Source: a virus. Taken from it: DNA of 64,000 nt. The position numbers and the translations under genes were made by a program. The notes beneath the pieces were generated by a model, which was not told where the DNA came from, searched no databases, and saw only the letters and a list, made by a program, of their open reading frames with translations. Numbering within the stretch: the first letter of the stretch is position 1; each line of letters opens with the position of its first letter. This document shows positions 58,586 to 64,000 of the stretch, piece after piece. The DNA lies in IMG/VR virus record IMGVR_UViG_3300037628_000362, positions 1 to 64,000 of that record; one strand, given 5' to 3'.

Positions 58586-59086
58586 TTACCGTGAGAGAAT
58601 AAGGCGAGCCACATCTTGCAGTGTGCCGTCAAGAAGAATCGTTTGTCCCGAGCATGTCCGGCCCCACCAATCCCCGTATTTGTTGCGCAGCAGGGGTTGG
58701 TCTAGCTCGTCCAATTCACGGGCCAGTTGTTCCGAGATGAGCCACCACTCTAACACTTCTTTCGGGTCGAGATCAGAAATTGCGGCCCGGTAATCATCTA
58801 GGCCAGTAAGATCCTCGTGACCGTCACGGTGGATATCCAAATACTCGCGACATTGCGACACGGTCCAGTCAGACGGATCAGGATGGAGGTTTTCTACCTC
58901 GTCCCAGGAGAACGCTTCGCCGACCTCGCCGCCGTCCACTAGACAGCCGCCGGCCGCACCTGATAACATCAGTAGGCCATCAACCAGCGAGGACTGGCAA
59001 TAATAAACATCGTTTCGTAAGAGTGCTTTGGCCCGCTCTTCTACGTCTTCATCGGTCACGTCTGGTCTGGTTGCTAGTTCGGTCAT
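58586..59086 (-). CDS. Phage early hypothetical protein
   Basis: EVLEWWLIS..LA..L...WWGRTCSGQ.I.LD; GGAGGTGA RBS. Confidence 0.75.
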   Translation of the reverse strand: MTELATRPDVTDEDVEERAKALLRNDVYYCQSSLVDGLLMLSGAAGGCLVDGGEVGEAFSWDEVENLHPDPSDWTVSQCREYLDIHRDGHEDLTGLDDYRAAISDLDPKEVLEWWLISEQLARELDELDQPLLRNKYGDWWGRTCSGQTILLDGTLQDVARLILSR

Positions 59087-59152
59087 CTCATCACCTCCGT
59101 TATAGGGAATAGGAACAGGCCAAGGCGGTCAAGTGACAGCCCTGGGCTGTTG

Positions 59153-59389
59153 CTACTTGGCTTGAGCCGCCAGGTATTGCCGTAAGGGCACCTCGCAGTC
59201 CTCGCGGAAAGGTACGTCAAGAAACTCTTTCCTAGTCCAGATATCAGCCGGGACGGTACTCCATACTTTTCTGAATCCTACGCTTCGAGCACGTAGCCAG
59301 TTCTCAATTACCTGTTGTTCTTCATTAGTATCAGGCAGGATATACAGATTATCAAGGCCATTGCCATTCCCGTGTGTGCTGGTTTGCAT
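59153..59389 (-). CDS. Hypothetical protein
   Basis: GGAGGTGA RBS. Confidence 0.65.
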   Translation of the reverse strand: MQTSTHGNGNGLDNLYILPDTNEEQQVIENWLRARSVGFRKVWSTVPADIWTRKEFLDVPFREDCEVPLRQYLAAQAK

Positions 59390-59441
59390 CTCGTCACCTC
59401 CCTGAGTTAGAAAACATCAAGAACTACTGGCAATATCGGAA

Positions 59442-59456
59442 TTGACAACGTGTCAC
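59442..59456. promoter_or_regulatory. Palindromic site, 1 mismatch
   Basis: TTGACAACGTGTCAC. Confidence 0.75.
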
Positions 59457-59519
59457 ATTGAGTATTTCGGCTGAAATAGGTCGATTTTTGCCTAAAACTG
59501 GATTGTCTGGGTCAGGTGC

Positions 59520-59548
59520 TTGCCAGGTCGGGCGCCGTGTGCTATACT
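59520..59548 (+). promoter_or_regulatory. Sigma70-type promoter
   Basis: TTGCCA-N17-TATACT with TG extension. Confidence 0.65.
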
Positions 59549-59551
59549 GGT

Positions 59552-59955
59552 GTGAACGACATAGCCCCAGATTGGGCAAGGAGTGAGGGAGCACGACGCA
59601 ACCATAGGCTATTGCCACTCCAGGACGAGCGACCGAGAATCGCGTTCGAGTCCATCGCAGTAGAACAAACCCGAAACCACGGGCGCGACCTTTGCCAGGT
59701 CGAAGAGCCTGAGCGGCGACCGGACGAAGTGTCTGCGGTCGTAAATGGCTGAGTATCGGGAGCCCGAGGGCCGGCGCGTCAAAACCGTCGGCGAGCGTGC
59801 GTGGGCTATAAATTTCGCGGGTACGGGGGTTGTGCGCTTACAGGTGGCCTATCTAGTCCCAGTTGGTACAAGTGAAACGTTCACCATCTTGATGTGGCAG
59901 CGCACAGTTCACGTATGGTTTAATAGGTTAGCCGAATAGTAGGCGTAACCATAGA
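59552..59955 (+). ncRNA. Candidate large structured RNA
   Basis: Nested long-range stems downstream of the promoter; no convincing ORF. Confidence 0.45.
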
Positions 59956-60144
59956 AATAGCAAGAACATAGAGAAGGGGCGCAATGAGTTACCTGGCATC
60001 ATCGGCACCGGTCTGTCTACTACGAGGGATGACGCTCTTTCCAGTTGCGGTCCGGTTCTTCTAGGCCGTTTTCTATCCTGTCGTCGAATAGAATCTGCCA
60101 TGCTTCTACGTGGCTGGCCGTCAATTAACAGCCCGGCCCGGTTA

Positions 60145-60489
60145 CTACGTGGCAGCCAATTCCTTTAGACGTTCCTCGGCCTCCGCTTCCCAGTCTTCCG
60201 CTTCTTCTTCCCTGCCGTACATTTCCAAAAGGCTCTGGATAGCCTCTTGTTCCGTGTCGTAGGCGCTGGTGTCAGTATAATCTAAGTAGCCCGGCGCCGA
60301 CAATCGGCACAACCAGCGTACTTGTGGCTCGGGTAGCTCGTCATTGAGTGGCCTACCGCTGAGGTAGTCGGCCAGGCCGGCCGTCGTCTTGACTAGGCCG
60401 GACACGGCAGTTTCGACCACATCGAGCCCTTCGGTCGTCTCGATCTCATAACACTCGCTTTTCCAAACATACGGTTGCATGAACGACAT
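60145..60489 (-). CDS. Phage early hypothetical protein
   Basis: RLSAPGYLD.TD motif; GGAGGTGA RBS. Confidence 0.75.
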   Translation of the reverse strand: MSFMQPYVWKSECYEIETTEGLDVVETAVSGLVKTTAGLADYLSGRPLNDELPEPQVRWLCRLSAPGYLDYTDTSAYDTEQEAIQSLLEMYGREEEAEDWEAEAEERLKELAAT

Positions 60490-60586
60490 TTGTCACCTCC
60501 ATTGTCGTGGTGTATCCTGGGGACCATCCCCACTAATGTCATCGGCCGGATATCCTGACGGTGTGAGATATTCGGGCTGGGCGCAT

Positions 60587-60621
60587 AAAAAACCCCGGCG
60601 CCATGAAGCTGACCGGGGTTC
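60587..60621 (-). terminator. Intrinsic terminator
   Basis: AACCCCGG/CCGGGGTT stem with adjacent A tract on the + strand. Confidence 0.6.
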
Positions 60622-60626
60622 TGGGG

Positions 60627-60941
60627 CTAGATATCACATTGTACCGCGCGGCCGGCAGCTAACTCCACGCATGCGATATGTGCCCGGGCGATTCGGTCGC
60701 CTACTCCCGTTGTATCTGGTGCCTGTATCCGAGCCAGCCCGGCCAGTTTATCCAATACGGCAATCATCACTGGGTGTTGGTTCCGTAAATCCGGACCGCG
60801 GTTTGGCGTCGTGTCGATAAATAAGACAAGGTTTCTTAGTATAGCACGAATATTATCGGTACATTGGACATCAATGGCCCACTGTGCCGCTATCTTCGTA
60901 GCCTCGTCTGCTTCGATATGTATACGTGTCGCGGTTGCCAA
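60627..60941 (-). CDS. Hypothetical protein
   Basis: GGAGGTGA RBS, TTG start. Confidence 0.65.
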   Translation of the reverse strand: MATATRIHIEADEATKIAAQWAIDVQCTDNIRAILRNLVLFIDTTPNRGPDLRNQHPVMIAVLDKLAGLARIQAPDTTGVGDRIARAHIACVELAAGRAVQCDI

Positions 60942-60944
60942 AAG

Positions 60945-61522
60945 TCACCTCCTGTTCGAGTTGAGAAAGATCAATATACCGGTTGTATCGACTCAATCAG
61001 GCCGGCGTCTTGGCCAGAATGCCATAAAACGCGATATTGACGAGAAGGGCCCTGGCTGTCCGTTTATGGCCCTCGGCGCGTTTCGGGTAACATAGTGAGC
61101 CGATATCTGGTCAATTGGGCGTGGCTGGCTGGTGAGTGAGCGCAAAAAGCAACCCCAGGGCAACGTTGGGCTGGCCGGGGGTTGTGAGATCAAACCGAGG
61201 CAAGAGGTATATGCTCGTTTAGCGCAGGGAATTCCTCGTCTTGATGAGCCTCAATAAAATCGTAAGCTTCGGCGATCATGTCGGACGCGGTGCGATTACA
61301 GCCCTTGCAATCCACCGTTCCGTCGGTGCGTCCACAAAGGCACGGTTGCCACCCCATCCCGCACGCGACACCTGGAAAGTCCCAATCAGAATCGATTAAG
61401 AGAGTTTCGTCTGCGTAAGGATCGCCGCCCTTCTCTACGATCAAGAAACCGACTGGAGCGTATTTCCTATCGAAGTACACGCTTGCCATAAAATCACCTC
61501 CGTTCGAGTTGAGAAAGATCAA
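60945..61522 (-). repeat. Duplicated ~30-bp leader/RBS block
   Basis: TCACCTCC(T)GTTCGAGTTGAGAAAGATCAA at 60945-60974 and 61494-61522. Confidence 0.85.
61190..61489 (-). CDS. Phage early hypothetical protein
   Basis: DWDFPGVA...GW..C.C..TDGTVDC..C. Confidence 0.7.
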   Translation of the reverse strand: MASVYFDRKYAPVGFLIVEKGGDPYADETLLIDSDWDFPGVACGMGWQPCLCGRTDGTVDCKGCNRTASDMIAEAYDFIEAHQDEEFPALNEHIPLASV

Positions 61523-62123
61523 ATCCGGTTTGTGGCTTCGGTTCGATCGGCCGGCTGAGTCCAGCTATTCCGGCCGGAAGATCGGATTGACCTGATGGAC
61601 CAGCCCCACAAAGCACGTATAGCGGGCAAGGAAGTAAGGGAGGGAGGGAGCTAGGGCGAAGCCCGAGGACAGGCTATGCCATAACGTGCTATGTGGTAAC
61701 AGGTTAGGTCAGATCATGGTGTGAAATACGGTGCGGACGGTAGCAACCATGCGATATGAGCCCAGCCCGGCCAGAGTGTAGTCAATGTGATCACACGAGA
61801 TCAAATGTGTAGTCAATGTGATGACACATAGGCACGATCACTACACGCGCCCGCACGCACGCATGTACGCGCATGTATAGTGGCCCTACAGCCCACCAAT
61901 ACTGGTCGACTTGGTGTCATATTGACCAGTATGCGTAGAGTATGAGGGTTAGGCATGACGTAACGTGTGGGTAGCACAGGGGTTATGGGTAAGATAAAAC
62001 GATAGGGGCCCCATGGGGTCGTCATAATCGATCCACACCCCCCGACCCCGTCTCCGTACGGATGTTAGTTAGCCACCATCTAACTCTGTACCCTATTTTG
62101 AACCACTACCCCCCGATTATAGC

Positions 62124-62750
62124 CTATCGGATAGTACCGGTCCTGGCGATATCCAGCAGTAGATCACGGAACTCCCGCGGCGTCGCCCCGCGTATCCTGG
62201 TCTTATCTTTCCCGCCAATCATCGCCATAACGCCGATCCTGCGTGCTTTCTCGTATCCGTACCGCTCTAGGGCTTTTGGATGAATCCTCTGTTTTGCCCT
62301 ATCCCAGTTAAGCTCCGGACGATCAATGCCAACGACGTACAGCCAAGTCGGTTTCCTGCTTATGTGGCCGTAGTGGCCCTGCTCGACATAGCAAGTCCAC
62401 CCGTCGTAATCATCGGCCTCGATCCATCCTTGGCCTATTTTCGGGGGTTTCAGGCCGAAATACTTCCATGCCTTAGAATAGGCCGGGTGCTCTAAAACAC
62501 CGCAGTAGTTACGGATAGCAGTTAAGGCCGAAGAAAAGCAGCCTTCGTCCTCGCCGAGCCTGAATTGGTGTGGTTTCCTAGTGGATCCGTGCCAGAATCG
62601 ACCCCATCTCTTGCATGGTGGATGTGCGATTACAGGGTGTGGACCGGTGTATTTTCTGGCGTCCCTGGACTCATCCCAAGGATCGACATCGGGAATCCCG
62701 TAGTAGGCACCACCTGAATCAACGAAAAGTGCGACAACTGTTATTTCCAT
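62124..62750 (-). CDS. Short C5 DNA cytosine methyltransferase-like protein
   Basis: ALF, DAR.Y, AHPPC (catalytic PC), LEHP, Q..YGH..RK.TWLY, R..TP..F. Confidence 0.7.
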   Translation of the reverse strand: MEITVVALFVDSGGAYYGIPDVDPWDESRDARKYTGPHPVIAHPPCKRWGRFWHGSTRKPHQFRLGEDEGCFSSALTAIRNYCGVLEHPAYSKAWKYFGLKPPKIGQGWIEADDYDGWTCYVEQGHYGHISRKPTWLYVVGIDRPELNWDRAKQRIHPKALERYGYEKARRIGVMAMIGGKDKTRIRGATPREFRDLLLDIARTGTIR

Positions 62751-63057
62751 ACGTAACTGTAGGTTACGCTATCAAGAACTTCAAGCGGACGGCCACCGAC
62801 CCCCGCACCGTATTTCACACCTATACCCCCATATCAGAGCTTATCGAGTAGTTTCTGCCAGCCACGGTGGCTATCTTCTATCAGCCCTTCTAAAGCCTCT
62901 ATTGCGTTCAGTGCCTCCTCTAGGCAGTCTGTCGTGGCGTCCAGGGCCCTTTCGCAGTAATCTCGGCATAACCGGCGACAGCCAAGATTAGCACACTCCC
63001 GGTTTTCCTTAATCAGCTCTCTGACTCCTTTATACTTCATTTCGGTTCTCCTGTTTT

Positions 63058-63072
63058 GTGACAACGTGTCAC
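63058..63072. promoter_or_regulatory. Palindromic site (copy 6)
   Basis: GTGACAACGTGTCAC directly upstream of a - strand RBS. Confidence 0.85.
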
Positions 63073-63290
63073 ACGGGCTTTTCCAGCGGTGCTGGCCGGA
63101 TCTGCCAAAGCGGCACGGTCAGGATCTTGGTCTCCGTCCCTGGTCCGTATTTACCAAACGCCTTCACATCGGCGTACTCTCCTGATGTGCTGAGCACGAC
63201 GCCAGTGAGCGGATACCCTCTGGCATTCTGGAGGTTGCTGAAAATAACGAGATCGTCTTTTTTAATCATCATGCTCTCCTTTTGTGACAC
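63069..63290 (-). CDS. Small hypothetical (SH3/KOW-like) protein between two palindromes
   Basis: IKKDDLV..., true start probably ~63272 after AAGGAG. Confidence 0.55.
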   Translation of the reverse strand: MSQKESMMIKKDDLVIFSNLQNARGYPLTGVVLSTSGEYADVKAFGKYGPGTETKILTVPLWQIRPAPLEKPV

Positions 63291-63298
63291 GTTGTCAC
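63284..63298. promoter_or_regulatory. Palindromic site (copy 7)
   Basis: GTGACACGTTGTCAC directly upstream of a - strand RBS. Confidence 0.85.
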
Positions 63299-63323
63299 AT
63301 GCCCATAACTTCCGTGATTTCGA

Positions 63324-63536
63324 TCAGTTTGGCCGCTCAACGCCCCGAAGCAGCCCCGCTGCCCATTGAAGCTTACTGCCGACTTCCTTGATTTTGGCTG
63401 CACTTATCGGAAATACGTGGATCTCCGTGCTGCCGATTTGGAGGATAAGTTTTCTGCCGCCCTCGGGACCGTCGTGCGGGTGGATCGTGGCGCAGATATA
63501 CTCCGGCTTCTCGTCCAGTAGAATTACAGTGGCCAT
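63324..63536 (-). CDS. Small hypothetical protein
   Basis: TAAGGAG RBS. Confidence 0.6.
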   Translation of the reverse strand: MATVILLDEKPEYICATIHPHDGPEGGRKLILQIGSTEIHVFPISAAKIKEVGSKLQWAAGLLRGVERPN

Positions 63537-63637
63537 TTTTGGTTCTCCTTATCAACTAGATTTGCAGGTTTTCCTCGTGTCATCCCGAACACTATGCCCG
63601 CTATTTGCGTCAAGTCAAATCGCGCACTAGTGGAAGA

Positions 63638-63856
63638 TCAGATATTTTCATGGACATCCTCTCGGTGAAACTCAATATCAGTCACCTCAATTTCCTCGGC
63701 GACAAACTCTCCTTTACCAGCTTTCACGAGGCGATGTGCGTCATCGGCGCTCTCGGCTGTGATTATGTACTCCTGGATTCCGTGAGCTTCCTTAACTGTT
63801 CCCGGTACGATATATTCTTTCATCTTTCGTCTCATGGTTCTGGTTAAAAGTGACAA
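63638..63856 (-). CDS. Small hypothetical protein
   Basis: I.AESADDA motif; degenerate palindrome upstream (63850-63864). Confidence 0.5.
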   Translation of the reverse strand: MSLLTRTMRRKMKEYIVPGTVKEAHGIQEYIITAESADDAHRLVKAGKGEFVAEEIEVTDIEFHREDVHENI

Positions 63857-64000
63857 TGTGTCATCTTGACCTGCTTTCCGGCCGCCAGTTCCAGACCGGA
63901 GGCTTGCCTGAGATTTCAGGCAGAAATATGCCGTCCGCCTTATCTGGCCGAACCCACTTGGCCATGAAGTCTAGTTTACCATTTCGTTCGACCCGGTAGA

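Noticed and set aside
6258-63864. Palindrome as a CRP site or as the tyrosine recombinase core site
   Set aside because: Spacing is one base longer than TGTGA-N6-TCACA. The 6-bp arms with a 3-bp spacer do not fit the usual 11-13-bp arms and 6-8-bp spacer of tyrosine recombinase sites.

Overview
The whole window reads as most of a tailed dsDNA phage genome with a podovirus-like layout. No long-tail or tape-measure genes are visible, and the host is probably a Planctomycete (inference). The + strand from 1 to ~51.7 kb carries, in order: metallophosphoesterase, HNH endonuclease, large terminase, portal, scaffold, major capsid, many structural proteins, three head-tail adaptor-like domains, a giant repeat-containing tail protein and ejection proteins. 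A candidate lysis block built on a matrixin-like protease follows, then recombination/replication genes (RecE-like exonuclease, SMC-like ATPase, GroES, ParB-like protein, SF2 helicase, primase, SSB, tyrosine recombinase). The - strand from ~51.7 to 64 kb carries small early/accessory genes. Five non-obvious signals stand out. (1) A DIP1984-like gene is followed by a ~290-nt end-paired RNA that nests a complete CCA-ending tRNA with an atypical ATC anticodon plus a short-repeat tract. (2) A 15-bp palindrome GTGACAACGTGTCAC is dispersed at 10 sites, mostly at gene boundaries. (3) Several tRNA-like RNAs keep acceptor and T arms but have replaced anticodon regions. (4) A promoter-driven ~400-nt structured RNA candidate lies at 59.5 kb. 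(5) Small genes are inserted between duplicated stop/start junctions. All calls come from reading motifs by eye; no database searches or folding programs were run.
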